DNA of 62,756 nt, filler included, from Candidatus Coatesbacteria bacterium (GTDB taxonomy: Bacteria; JAFGND01): NCBI GenBank assembly GCA_016927185.1. It is 5 parts of 5 records of this genome, joined end to end, with 100 filler letters (N's around TTAATTAATTAA, not from the genome) between each part and the next. Parts side by side here need not be neighbours in the genome. Positions count along the whole stretch, not along the records: positions 48,510 to 56,464 come from JAFGND010000104.1; positions 56,565 to 59,467 come from JAFGND010000016.1; positions 59,568 to 62,756 come from JAFGND010000023.1; 2 more parts are not named here. One strand, 5' to 3'. Below the pieces are notes generated by a model. That model was given only the letters and a program-made list of their open reading frames with translations, ran no database searches and had not been told where the DNA came from. The position numbers and the translations under genes are program-made. This document shows positions 49,779-60,086 of this stretch, piece by piece (position 1 is the stretch's first letter; every line of letters begins with the position of its first letter).

Positions 49779-50795
49779 TCATGGATAGATAAGCATTCCA
49801 TCACCATAAGAATAAAATCTATACCTTTTTTCAATAGCCTCCTTATAAGCTGAAAGAACTCTTGCATATCCTCCAAATGAACAAACTAACATCAGGAGAG
49901 AGGATTTAGGGAGATGAAAATTAGTAATGAGACCTGATACTATCTTGAAATTAAAACCGGGCTTTATGAATAAATCAGTTTCTCCAGAAAGCTTCTTCTT
50001 ATTTAGCATCCATGTTTCCAGAGCTCTTACAGTTGTTGTTCCTACGGAAATGACTTTTTTCCTGTTCATAAGCGCAAAATCTAATTCAATAGCAGCTTCT
50101 TCGGGGATTTCAAAATACTCAGAATGAAGTGAGTTCTTTTTGAAAGTCTCTTCAGTTAAAGGCTTGAAAGTCCCTAAACCTACATGCAAGATTATTTCAA
50201 CTATCTTTATCCCTTTGTTCTTGATCCTCTCAATAAGGTCACTATCAAAATGCAATCCAGCTGTTGGTGAAGCAACAGAACCTTCAACCTTGGCAAATAT
50301 CGTTTGATAATCAGATCTATCTTCTATTTCGTCTTTTCTTCTAATATATGGTGGTAATGGAACATGTCCAATGCTATTCATTATTTCATATCCATTAACA
50401 TTGAATCTAATCAATATTCCATCTTCTGTAAATGAAATAACTTCACCATATATTTCATCAGTAAACAATATTTTGGAATTCAGCTTGATTTTCCTTCTTG
50501 GTTTAGCTAATGCTTCAAATGTAAAATCATCAAATCTTGAACAGGCTGGAAGCAGCAGGAATTCAAATCCCCTACCCTCTACATCTTCTCCGAAGAGCCT
50601 TGCCAATAAGACTTTAGTCTTGTTGATAACCATAACTGAATCTTCCAGAAGAAATTCGGGAAGATCATTAAAATGATTGTGTCCTGTTTTTTCTGCCAAT
50701 ATCATCAATCTAGCATTATCTCTTGGATATAAAGGTTTGAAGGCAATCAACTCTTCAGGCAAGTTATAATCAAAGTCTTCCAATTCAAATTTCAT
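49779..50795 (-). CDS. queA: S-adenosylmethionine:tRNA ribosyltransferase-isomerase
   Basis: DFDYNLPEELIA, PLPPYI, GSVASPTAGLHF, LHVGLGTF, VGTTTVRALE, TNFHLPKS and YSYGD. Confidence 0.96.
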   Translation of the reverse strand: MKFELEDFDYNLPEELIAFKPLYPRDNARLMILAEKTGHNHFNDLPEFLLEDSVMVINKTKVLLARLFGEDVEGRGFEFLLLPACSRFDDFTFEALAKPRRKIKLNSKILFTDEIYGEVISFTEDGILIRFNVNGYEIMNSIGHVPLPPYIRRKDEIEDRSDYQTIFAKVEGSVASPTAGLHFDSDLIERIKNKGIKIVEIILHVGLGTFKPLTEETFKKNSLHSEYFEIPEEAAIELDFALMNRKKVISVGTTTVRALETWMLNKKKLSGETDLFIKPGFNFKIVSGLITNFHLPKSSLLMLVCSFGGYARVLSAYKEAIEKRYRFYSYGDGMLIYP

Positions 50796-50963
50796 GCATG
50801 TTTGAAGCAAATTCCTTAAATATATAGTCAAGTTATAAACCATGAGATTATTATAAGACTGAAAATCCAAGGAACAGGTTTTTAAAAATCTTTTAGGCTT
50901 TTACTTGACGAAATAATGCCCAAAAGGCGACCTGTTATAAGAATATCCTAACAAGGAGTATAT

Positions 50964-53453
50964 ATGACTAAACATCTAGTTCCAATTTATATAGAAGAAG
51001 AGATGAAAAAATCCTATCTGGATTATGCCATGAGTGTTATTATAAGCAGGGCATTACCAGATGTAAGAGATGGCTTAAAACCTGTTCACAGAAGAATACT
51101 TTTCGCAATGAATGATATGGGGCTTCAGCATAACAAATCCTATAAGAAATCAGCAAGAGTCATTGGAGAAGTGCTTGGTAAGTATCACCCTCATGGAGAA
51201 ACTGCCATATACGATGCAATGGTTCGTATGGCACAGGATTTTTCCTTGCGTTATACACTTATTGATGGACAAGGGAATTTCGGTTCCGTTGATGGAGATG
51301 AAGCTGCTGCCATAAGATATACGGAGGTAAGGTTATCAAGAATAGCTGAGGAAATCCTTGTTGACCTTGAAAAAAATACAGTGGATTTCAAGAGGAATTT
51401 TGATGATTCACTTGAAGAACCAGAGATATTACCTTCAGCAATTCCTGATCTTCTAATAAATGGAGCCCATGGTATAGCAGTAGGCATGGCAACTAATATC
51501 CCTCCGCACAATCTTGGAGAAATAATAGATGCAACAATAGCTTTAATAGATAATCCTGAAATGGAATGTATAGAACTTCTCAATTTCGTAAAAGGTCCTG
51601 ATTTTCCAACTGCCGGGATAATATATGGTTATGAAGGAATTAAGGATGCCCTGTTAACAGGAAGAGGAATAATAACACTCAGAGGCAAGGCAGAAATAGA
51701 GGAAAGCAAAAGTGAGAAATTCAGAATTGTAATAACTGAACTTCCTTATCAAGTAAATAAAGCAAAACTTATAGAGAAAATCGCTGATCTTGTCAGGGAA
51801 CAGAGAATTGAAGGTATTTCTGATCTCAGGGATGAATCAGACAGAGAAGGGATGAGAATTGTTGTTGAACTGAAGCGTGGAGCTAATCCCAATGTTGTCC
51901 TGAACCAGTTATACAAACATACTTCTCTTAATACTTCATTCGGAGTAATAATGTTAGCTTTAGCAGATGGAATACCTAAAGTTCTTAATTTAAAGGAAGC
52001 TATAGGATATTTTATTGAACATAGACATGAAGTTGTTGTAAGAAGAACTCAGTTTGATCTTGATAAAGCCAAGAAAAGAGCACATATATTAGAAGGGCTG
52101 AGGATAGCATTAGATCATATAGATGCTGTCATAAATTTAATAAGGAAATCAGCTGATGTTCAAGTAGCCCAGAATGGTTTAATGACAAAATTCGGTCTTT
52201 CGGAAGCTCAGGCAAAAGCTATTCTTGATATGAGATTGCAGAGACTAACAGGGCTTGAAAGACAGAAAGTTGAAGATGAATACCGTGAATTGGTCAAGAC
52301 AATGGAAGAACTGCAATTCATACTTTCAAACAAAGAAAAGAGAATGTCAATTATAAAAGAAGAACTGCAAATCATAAAAAATAAATATGCAGATAAAAGA
52401 AGAACCCAGATAATTCCATCTACTTCAGAAATAGCTATTGAAGATCTGATCCCTGACGAGGAAGTTGTAATAACTGTTTCGCATGATGGTTATGTTAAAC
52501 GTATTCCTCTTGAAACATACAGAAAGCAACGCAAGGGAGGCAAGGGTGTATCCGGAATCACAACAAAGAAAGAGGATTTTGCAGAGCAGGTTTTTGTTGC
52601 CTCTAATCATGAATATTTGTTAATCGTAAGTAATATAGGAAGAATCTATTGGCTTAAAGTTTATGATATTCCTCAATCTGGAAAACAAGCCAAAGGTACT
52701 GCATTCATTAACCTCATTCAGATAACCGAGGATGAAAAAATAAGAACCATACTTCCTTTAAGGGATTTTGATGTTGCCCAGTACTTAATATTTGCAACTG
52801 AACAGGGCTTGGTAAAGAAAACCCTTTTATCTGCTTATTCAAAACCAAGAAAAGGTGGTATTAACGGAATAAAAATAAGACCTGATGATCAGGTTATTCA
52901 TGTAGCAATAGGTTCAGATGACAAGGATCTCATTCTATCATCATACTTCGGTCTGGCAATTAGATTCAGTATTTCAAAAGTAAGAGCTTGTGGAAGAAAT
53001 AGCATGGGTGTTATAGGAATGCGCTTGAATAGAGCAGATAAAGTGATCGGAATGATTGTTGTTCCTTCGGTTGAGGAAGAGACTAATCTAACACTTTTAA
53101 GTGTCAGCCAGTTTGGATATGGAAAGAGGACTGAGCTTTGTCAATATAGAAGAACAAACAGGGGAGGAAAAGGGATAATTACTCATAAAACCTCAAGAAA
53201 GACTGGCAGCATTATAGCGGTCAAGGAAGTAAATCAAGATGATGAGTTAATGATAATAACAACTGGAGGCAAAATAATCAGGATTTCCATCGAAAGCATA
53301 AGAGAATTAGGTAGAAATACAATGGGAGTGAAACTAATAAATCTCAATCAAGAGGATTATGTTGTAGATGTTGCCAAGATAAAAAAAGAAGAAAATGAAG
53401 ATAATGATCAAACAAAGCTATTTGATGAGGAAAATGAAAACAATAATGAATAG
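50964..53453 (+). CDS. gyrA: DNA gyrase subunit A
   Basis: [29 protein letters not shown] and GyrA-box QRKGGKG. Confidence 0.97.
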   Translation: MTKHLVPIYIEEEMKKSYLDYAMSVIISRALPDVRDGLKPVHRRILFAMNDMGLQHNKSYKKSARVIGEVLGKYHPHGETAIYDAMVRMAQDFSLRYTLIDGQGNFGSVDGDEAAAIRYTEVRLSRIAEEILVDLEKNTVDFKRNFDDSLEEPEILPSAIPDLLINGAHGIAVGMATNIPPHNLGEIIDATIALIDNPEMECIELLNFVKGPDFPTAGIIYGYEGIKDALLTGRGIITLRGKAEIEESKSEKFRIVITELPYQVNKAKLIEKIADLVREQRIEGISDLRDESDREGMRIVVELKRGANPNVVLNQLYKHTSLNTSFGVIMLALADGIPKVLNLKEAIGYFIEHRHEVVVRRTQFDLDKAKKRAHILEGLRIALDHIDAVINLIRKSADVQVAQNGLMTKFGLSEAQAKAILDMRLQRLTGLERQKVEDEYRELVKTMEELQFILSNKEKRMSIIKEELQIIKNKYADKRRTQIIPSTSEIAIEDLIPDEEVVITVSHDGYVKRIPLETYRKQRKGGKGVSGITTKKEDFAEQVFVASNHEYLLIVSNIGRIYWLKVYDIPQSGKQAKGTAFINLIQITEDEKIRTILPLRDFDVAQYLIFATEQGLVKKTLLSAYSKPRKGGINGIKIRPDDQVIHVAIGSDDKDLILSSYFGLAIRFSISKVRACGRNSMGVIGMRLNRADKVIGMIVVPSVEEETNLTLLSVSQFGYGKRTELCQYRRTNRGGKGIITHKTSRKTGSIIAVKEVNQDDELMIITTGGKIIRISIESIRELGRNTMGVKLINLNQEDYVVDVAKIKKEENEDNDQTKLFDEENENNNE

Positions 53454-53460
53454 GAATATA

Positions 53461-54219
53461 TTAGTATACACTTCCTAATCTTATCTGAAGAGAAATCCCG
53501 AACTTGAAATCACTTCTATTCTCCCTGTGGGAATAAGTCATTGAAGGATTCATGTTTTTCAATGACCACATTTGGTAGTTATATTCTCCATTGAAACAAA
53601 ACCTGTAACGACCCCAGGGTTTTAATCCTATATATATGTCTGGTCCATGTGATGAACAAAAACCCTGAACTATCCATGTTTCATCAAGATAGGAATCTTT
53701 CTGTTTTCTGCTTTCAAGATATCCATGATAACCAATATTAAAACTTGTATTATGTATGGTTTTACCTATGATCAAACCTGCTCTTAATTGATTAACATCC
53801 ATAGAATTAACTGTATCTGCAGGGATTTTTGCATGATACATATGGATATTTCCATACATCATCAAGGCAGGCTTGTTATACTTCTCTTCAAGCAGATTAA
53901 GTCTGGGTTCTATTCCTCCACCTCCTGCATAAGGTGGAGCAACTAATGCAGTCAATCCTAGATTGAAATCATTGGTTAATCTTAAATTAGTTGTAAGTGC
54001 TGGAAGAGGAATTTTATTAGCTATATAAAGCTCTCGCCCATTTACTCTAAGTTCTTTTGTGGGGATTTCGGACTGAGCTCCCACTTCCACGAAATGTCTA
54101 AAATCCTCTCTTGTAGCAGCTTCTCTATATGAGAAGAAACAGCCATTAAGTAGAAAAATAAGTGAAACACTTATAGCAACAATATAAATATTTCTGAACT
54201 TCTTAAGGTTTGAATTCAT
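53461..54219 (-). CDS. hypothetical lipoprotein/outer-membrane protein
   Basis: Lipobox-like LLNGC and beta-strand-rich body. Confidence 0.6.
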   Translation of the reverse strand: MNSNLKKFRNIYIVAISVSLIFLLNGCFFSYREAATREDFRHFVEVGAQSEIPTKELRVNGRELYIANKIPLPALTTNLRLTNDFNLGLTALVAPPYAGGGGIEPRLNLLEEKYNKPALMMYGNIHMYHAKIPADTVNSMDVNQLRAGLIIGKTIHNTSFNIGYHGYLESRKQKDSYLDETWIVQGFCSSHGPDIYIGLKPWGRYRFCFNGEYNYQMWSLKNMNPSMTYSHRENRSDFKFGISLQIRLGSVY

Positions 54220-54622
54220 TTTTAAAGCATATCCTTCTTTTATCTGATGTACAATATGTTTTAGGAACATTTGATCCTTCTGCTTTTACATACCAGTAGT
54301 GATATCCTAGAGGAAGAGAATCCAAAGCAACAACTACCTGAGTGTTTTCCCCTGAATACAATTCAATATCATATAGTCCTTTTATTTCAATATTCAATGT
54401 ATAAGTTATTTTACCAATATTTTCTGCATCCAGTTCTACCCATTTGAAACTTAAAGTATCTAGCCCAAGAGATATGGTTTCTGATTCTTCTGGATATTCG
54501 AGTTGCAGTTTTTCCGATGGAAGATACTTCTCTCCTTCAGGAATATCTGTTTCTGTAGACATGCATGAAGCAACTAATAATATCAACAAGGATAGACTAA
54601 ATATTCTTTTCAAGAATTTCAT
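54203..54622 (-). CDS. hypothetical lipoprotein (FN3-like)
   Basis: Lipobox LVASC and L.YP...F.W...Y.L...YWYVKA pattern. Confidence 0.65.
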   Translation of the reverse strand: MKFLKRIFSLSLLILLVASCMSTETDIPEGEKYLPSEKLQLEYPEESETISLGLDTLSFKWVELDAENIGKITYTLNIEIKGLYDIELYSGENTQVVVALDSLPLGYHYWYVKAEGSNVPKTYCTSDKRRICFKNEFKP

Positions 54623-55178
54623 CAATTATACCATATTCCAAAGCCTGTGATGGACTTAAAAAATGATCTCTGTCAGTATCTTTTTCTATTTTCTCTATCG
54701 GTTGTCCTGTATGTTTAGCCAGAAGGTTGTTTAATTCCTTTCTCATAAAGACTATTTCTTCTGCATGTATCTGAATATCGGTTGCAGGAGCATATATTGC
54801 ACCACTGATTAAGGGTTGATGAATCAAAATCCTTGAATGTGACATTGCTGCCCTTCTGCCTTTCTTGCCTGCTGCTAGAAGAAACGATCCCATGCTGGCA
54901 GCTATCCCAAGACAAACTGTTCTTACTGGACATGAACAAATCTGCATAATATCATAAATGGCCAAACCAGCACTTATGGAGCCTCCAGGACTGTTTATAT
55001 AGAAAAGTATCTCCCCTTTTGGATCTACCTGCTCAAAATACAATATCTTCTTGATTATCGGTGCAACAGACTCATCATAGACAGGACCCCACAAGAATAT
55101 TGTTCGTTTTGATAAAAATTGCCTATCTATCTGGCTTTCAACTAATAGCTTCTCAATGTTCTCTTTCAAATCATCCAT
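54597..55178 (-). CDS. clpP: ATP-dependent Clp protease proteolytic subunit
   Basis: YINSPGG, AASMG (catalytic Ser), IHQP and DRD. Confidence 0.95.
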   Translation of the reverse strand: MDDLKENIEKLLVESQIDRQFLSKRTIFLWGPVYDESVAPIIKKILYFEQVDPKGEILFYINSPGGSISAGLAIYDIMQICSCPVRTVCLGIAASMGSFLLAAGKKGRRAAMSHSRILIHQPLISGAIYAPATDIQIHAEEIVFMRKELNNLLAKHTGQPIEKIEKDTDRDHFLSPSQALEYGIIDEILEKNI

Positions 55179-55376
55179 CTGTGTCCTTTCATAATAATGC
55201 GTATAGGGAGTTTAAGTGATATTTTGCGTCAAGGTTTTTGTTACATTTCTAATCTAATTGATAAAGAGTTAATTGAATTCATAGGTATACACCAAAATCT
55301 AATCTCTTATTAAGAAACAAGTTGACATAAATCTGAAATATTGAATTTCAAATCTTGAAAGAAGAAAGGAGGAAAA

Positions 55377-55601
55377 GTGGCATCAAACAAGACAGAATGG
55401 GAGTACTTGATAATCTCGGAAGAGGAACTTTCAGAATTATCAGGAAAATGCACGTTGAAGAAAGAGAGTACGAATATTTTCAAGGACAATGTTAAGTGCT
55501 CTGGGTTGAATACACTTGGACAGGAAGGCTGGGAATTAGTAGCAATTGAGGATGAGAAGTATTTTTTCAAAAGAGCTGTCAAATATTATGAGACTTTCTA
55601 G
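55377..55601 (+). CDS. small DUF4177-like protein
   Basis: WEY...LNTLGQEGWELV...YFFKR with an AGGAGG RBS. Confidence 0.7.
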   Translation: MASNKTEWEYLIISEEELSELSGKCTLKKESTNIFKDNVKCSGLNTLGQEGWELVAIEDEKYFFKRAVKYYETF

Positions 55602-55616
55602 AAAGAGGGGGGAAAA

Positions 55617-56447
55617 ATGGCAGAGAAAATGTTTTTAACACCAATAGAAACAGCAAAAGCTTTGGTAGGGGTTGGCGAAAAGAAAGCTCAACTTCCAATT
55701 CTTAAAATGCTTGTTTTAGGGATATTGGCTGGTGTTTATATAGGCTTTGCGGCACATCTGGCAACCACAATCAGTACAGGTGACTATGCTTTCGGGATAA
55801 AGAAATTTCTTACTGGAGCAGTATTTGCTTGTGGCCTTATGTTAGTCATCATTCCAGGAAGTGAACTATGGACTGGAAATAATCTCATGTCAGTAGCATT
55901 GCTTGAAAACAAAATCAATATAGCACAGTTACTGAAAAACTGGTTTTTTGTATATCTTGGAAACTTTCTTGGCTCTTTGTTATTAGCTTTGATAATAGCA
56001 AATTCCGGCTTGGCAAGTAATGCAGAGGTAGGTCTTACTGCCTGTTCAATAGCAGCTGGCAAGTGCAGTTTGCCATTTCTGAGTGCACTTTGCAGGGGTA
56101 TTGGCTGTAACTGGCTTGTTTGCCTTGCAGTTGTGATGGCATTAGCTGCACAGGATATCGGTGGAAAAGTCTGGGGTATTTTCTTCCCAATCATGGCATT
56201 TGTTGCTTCAGGCTATGAGCACAGTATTGCCAATATGTACTTCATATCAGCTGGCATCTTCAACAAGATGGACGTTATTAATGTACTGGTAGCAGCTGGC
56301 AAGCCAATTCCACCCAGCTTCGAGGCATTAAACTGGTATAATTTCCTTATAACGAATCTGGTTCCAGTTACTCTGGGTAATTTTATCGGTGGCAGCTTGT
56401 TTGTTGGGGGTATATACTGGTATACTTTTGTAAAGGAAGATAAATAA
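55617..56447 (+). CDS. formate/nitrite transporter (FocA/FdhC family)
   Basis: LGILAGVYIGF, G.ELWTGN, GIGCNWLVCLAV, GYEHSIANM and TLGNFIGG. Confidence 0.93.
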   Translation: MAEKMFLTPIETAKALVGVGEKKAQLPILKMLVLGILAGVYIGFAAHLATTISTGDYAFGIKKFLTGAVFACGLMLVIIPGSELWTGNNLMSVALLENKINIAQLLKNWFFVYLGNFLGSLLLALIIANSGLASNAEVGLTACSIAAGKCSLPFLSALCRGIGCNWLVCLAVVMALAAQDIGGKVWGIFFPIMAFVASGYEHSIANMYFISAGIFNKMDVINVLVAAGKPIPPSFEALNWYNFLITNLVPVTLGNFIGGSLFVGGIYWYTFVKEDK

Positions 56448-56464
56448 CCCTCGATTAGTTGTCT

Positions 56465-56564
56465 NNNNNNNNNNNNNNNNNNNNNNNNNNNNNNNNNNNN
56501 NNNNNNNNTTAATTAATTAANNNNNNNNNNNNNNNNNNNNNNNNNNNNNNNNNNNNNNNNNNNN
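56465..56564. other. artificial contig linker
   Basis: N44-TTAATTAATTAA-N44. Confidence 0.98.
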
Positions 56565-56583
56565 TAAAAATATATCGCTCTTA

Positions 56584-57441
56584 TCATATCAAACCAACAT
56601 CTCTCATTTTCTGTTGGAAACCCGGAGATGCATCTAGGGTAACTCCTGTATTTGTAGTAACTATGCTTCCTCCTGTTCTTGAACCACCACCTCCCCAATT
56701 ACCTCCTCCTTTTTTATTAACTTGAGCATTTCCTGACAATATGTTATTATATAATGAATTTAATAAGTTACCTATATCTTGGAATAAATTTCTTCCAGCG
56801 ATTTCACTATATTTGCTGGAAATCTCGGATAAAGTACCTATACCTTCATACGAAGTTCCAGATAAAAGCTTAGAACCCCCTCCCATTGCAATTAAATCTG
56901 TAACAAGTGATGGTACAGCCCAAGCAGCTTCTTCTCTTGCTTTATTCAATCTTTCCTGAGATACACAAGATTCACAAGCTGAATGAAGCTCCTCCGTCAT
57001 AAACCACCAAAGCACTTTTCCACCACTGCTAACTATTGGAACACGATTATAAATTCCTTTTGTTGCTTGTATATAAGGGTCGTTATTAAGCTGCTCTTGA
57101 GCTGGGTTTGCAACTTCGCTTTTAAACCAATTATAAGTTTCTTGTGGGAAATTTTTAATTCCTTCCCACATTCTATCTAAAAAGTCTGCTCCTCCAAAAA
57201 GATGCCCATCTTCATCTGTATACTTATAAGGATTATTCCTCTCAAAACTATATCTGTTCAATAATTGCGGATCATAAACATTCTGTATCAAAGTATCGGG
57301 TTGAAGATAGATATCCCATCCGGGCTTATACTTTCTGAAGTGAAAATCTGTATCACCAACTAGGCTATCATATTCTTTTCCTTCATAACCATACCGAATA
57401 GCTTCACCACCTTCAACAACGCTTCCAAAAGGCTTATAGGT
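56584..57441 (-). pseudogene. orphan RHS repeat-associated core fragment with variable C-terminal tail
   Basis: The frame extends upstream of the called ORF without a start codon: TYKPFG...RYGYEGKEYD...FHFRKY.P...QPDTLIQNVYDPQLLNRYSFERNNPYKYTDEDGH. Confidence 0.8.
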
Positions 57442-57453
57442 ATTGTTTGGAAT

Positions 57454-57469
57454 CGAAAGTTTTATATAA
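57454..57469 (+). promoter_or_regulatory. archaeal-type BRE/TATA promoter candidate
   Basis: CGAAAG-TTTTATATAA about 26-30 nt before ATG 57495, which has no SD. Confidence 0.5.
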
Positions 57470-57494
57470 TAAGATGGATATTATTATTCATAAA

Positions 57495-58205
57495 ATGAAT
57501 AATACTATTCAAAAATTAAAAATAGACGAAATTCAACTTGAAATTTTAAATATCTTATCAAAATTTCCATCTGATTATTTTACAGTGGATAAGGTACTAC
57601 AATTGCTTAAAGAATCAAATTATGCAACAGTATACAGGAAAGTTGATTCACTAGTTAAACAGGGAATCCTGTCAAAAGCAATGTATGGACAGGCTAGTCA
57701 AATAAGTATAAACTTAAGAAATGAAGAGACAATATCTTTATTATCCCTGATTGAAACTAAGCATCTTGAAACGTTCTTAACAAAACTAAAAGGCAATTTA
57801 TTAATCAGTGTAAGAGAAATAATAAAAGACACTAGAAATATCTCTGAACTTAAATGTATCCTTGTATTTGGAAGTTATGCAAAAGGCACTCAAACAAAAA
57901 ATAGTGATTTGGATTTATTGATTATCCAAGAGCCTTCCAAAATAGCAATTAAACATTTTTCAAAAGAAAAGCTGGAAAATTATATAAAAGAAGCAAGAAG
58001 TGCTATCATGGGGATAATCAAAACAAATGAGTTAAGAGGAGGGCCGAAAATAAATCCCATCATCATAAGCAATGAGGATTACAAAGAGATGATGCAAGAG
58101 AAGGGAGTCAATGTCGGAAGAGAAGCATTATCAGATCACATAATAATCAAGGGATTCAGTGAATATTGGAGGGTGATAGCAGAATGTTATCAAGAAGAGA
58201 AATAA
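57495..58205 (+). CDS. HTH-fused minimal nucleotidyltransferase (MNT antitoxin-like)
   Basis: VFGSYAKG....SDLDLL motif and an N-terminal winged-helix-like region. Confidence 0.85.
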   Translation: MNNTIQKLKIDEIQLEILNILSKFPSDYFTVDKVLQLLKESNYATVYRKVDSLVKQGILSKAMYGQASQISINLRNEETISLLSLIETKHLETFLTKLKGNLLISVREIIKDTRNISELKCILVFGSYAKGTQTKNSDLDLLIIQEPSKIAIKHFSKEKLENYIKEARSAIMGIIKTNELRGGPKINPIIISNEDYKEMMQEKGVNVGREALSDHIIIKGFSEYWRVIAECYQEEK

Positions 58206-58723
58206 AAGAAGCTTACCAAAAATGCTTAAAAGAATACTCTGTAAGGAAGCAAGACAGCGAAAAGAAATTTGTAAACAACTATTTAGAGAAGGCAATGCAT
58301 AATCTTGAACTCGCAGGAGTACTCGACCTATTATCAAGAGATGAAGAAGCCAAGAAAGCCATAGGAATATCATCAAAAAGCAACTACTATGACTGGATAA
58401 TCATCACTTCTTACTACTCTATGTATCTAGCAGCAACCACTGCCCTAGCTAAGATAGGAATAAAATCAACAACTCACGGCGCAACAATAATCGCTTTAGA
58501 ATATCATTACTGCATTGAAAAAAATCTTCTTGCAAGAAAATACATCCAGATGATCGAAGAAGCAAGCTTTGGAAGAGAAGACGTCGAGAAACTCGACCAA
58601 GCAATGAAAGGAAGAATAAGCGTACAATACACAGTCTCTAAAAGCTACGGTGACAACGAAGCAAAGAGGATGCTGAAAGACGCTAAAGAATTCGTCAACA
58701 AAATAAGTGAAATAATAACATAA
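58184..58723 (+). CDS. HEPN domain protein (toxin partner)
   Basis: YLEKAMHNL...W.IITSYYSMY.AA.ALAK.GIKS..H...R...QY. Overlaps the MNT gene and has a GGAGGGTGAT SD. Confidence 0.85.
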   Translation: MLSRREIKEAYQKCLKEYSVRKQDSEKKFVNNYLEKAMHNLELAGVLDLLSRDEEAKKAIGISSKSNYYDWIIITSYYSMYLAATTALAKIGIKSTTHGATIIALEYHYCIEKNLLARKYIQMIEEASFGREDVEKLDQAMKGRISVQYTVSKSYGDNEAKRMLKDAKEFVNKISEIIT

Positions 58724-58789
58724 CCATCCTGAACCATTCTTTTTTTCTCGTCTATAACTCTTACGCAAGGTTTTTGCAAAACTTCCTAC

Positions 58790-59467
58790 TTCTCATATCA
58801 AAATGACTTATGCACGTCCGAACGGTTGAGTTGTTGTGCTCGATTTATGCGCCTGTGAAAAGTTGTTATAAGTGAGGATTGATAAAAAATGTTTTGCGGA
58901 ATAGATGTGTCTAAAGGAAAATCTAACGTGTGCATATTAGGCCAGGACAAAAAAGTAAAATCAGAATTCGAAATAAAACATGACAAGCAAGGATTTGAAA
59001 AGCTAGAAAAACACCTAACAAAAGAAACAATCATAGGCATGGAAACAACAGGGAACTACTGCAAGATAATCTACAGATACTTAAAAGAAAGATATGAAAA
59101 CGTAAACTACGTAGACAATCTCCAAATGAAAAACTTTGCAAGTGTCTATTCCCCGACAATAAAGAACGACAGAGTAGATGCAAGACTTATAGCAGCATTC
59201 CTATCTCAAGACTTTAAAAGAGTAAATCCTTTGAAAGTGGATGAACTAAAAGATCTATCTAAACTGTATCAAAAAACACTGAAACAAATGACCAGATACA
59301 AATACATGTTCAAGGATCAGATCAACATAATCTTTCCAGAACTAGACAAACTCATAGGAATGGGATATATCAAAGGAATATCTTACTTATTACTAAAACA
59401 TCCTTCTCCTGAAGAAATCGCTAAGTTATCTGTTGAAGAGATAAAAAAAGCTTTCACTGAAAATCTA
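58790..59467 (+). mobile_element. IS110-family element, partial (non-coding left end plus transposase CDS 58889 to >59467)
   Basis: MFCGIDVSK...IGMETTGNY...KNDRVDARLIA (DEDD RuvC-like domain). Truncated by the contig end, and the left boundary is approximate. Confidence 0.88.
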
Positions 59468-59567
59468 NNNNNNNNNNNNNNNNNNNNNNNNNNNNNNNNN
59501 NNNNNNNNNNNTTAATTAATTAANNNNNNNNNNNNNNNNNNNNNNNNNNNNNNNNNNNNNNNNNNNN
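59468..59567. other. artificial contig linker
   Basis: N44-TTAATTAATTAA-N44. Confidence 0.98.
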
Positions 59568-60074
59568 CCAAGTAGAATAAGTTTTCAGGTTCCAAGCAAA
59601 TATGATTCAAGAACTATACTGGATAGAATTGGAGCTGAAAAACTTCTTGGGAGAGGTGATATGTTCTTTCTGCCGGCAGGAAGAAAAGATCCATACAGGA
59701 TACATGGTGCTTTTATTACTGATGAGGAGGCAGAAAAGGTTGCAGAATTCCTTAAAACCCAGAACTCAGATGCTTTTTGGAAAATCGATGCATCTGAGCT
59801 TGAAAAAGCAAAAGGAACTGATGCATTTTTGACAAAAACTGATGATGACGAAAGCTATGGAGATAATCTTTTTTTTCAGGCTGGTGAACTGGTGTTAAGA
59901 CATGATCAGGCATCCGCATCTTTCTTGCAAAGAAGAATGCAGATTGGTTATCCTAGAGCAGCTAAACTAATAGATTTACTGGAAGAAAAGGGTGTCATAG
60001 GTCCTGCTTCAGGGAGTAAAAAGAGAGATTGCCTTATAGGGATAGATGAATTCATAGAGAGATTTAAAAAATAA
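59568..60074 (+). CDS. ftsK: DNA translocase FtsK, C-terminal part (5' truncated)
   Basis: PSRISFQV.S..DSRTILD..GAEKLLGRGDM, RIHGAF and gamma domain ASASFLQRRMQIGYPRAAKLID. Confidence 0.93.
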   Translation, partial: PSRISFQVPSKYDSRTILDRIGAEKLLGRGDMFFLPAGRKDPYRIHGAFITDEEAEKVAEFLKTQNSDAFWKIDASELEKAKGTDAFLTKTDDDESYGDNLFFQAGELVLRHDQASASFLQRRMQIGYPRAAKLIDLLEEKGVIGPASGSKKRDCLIGIDEFIERFKK

Positions 60075-60086
60075 ACCGGAGGAGTA

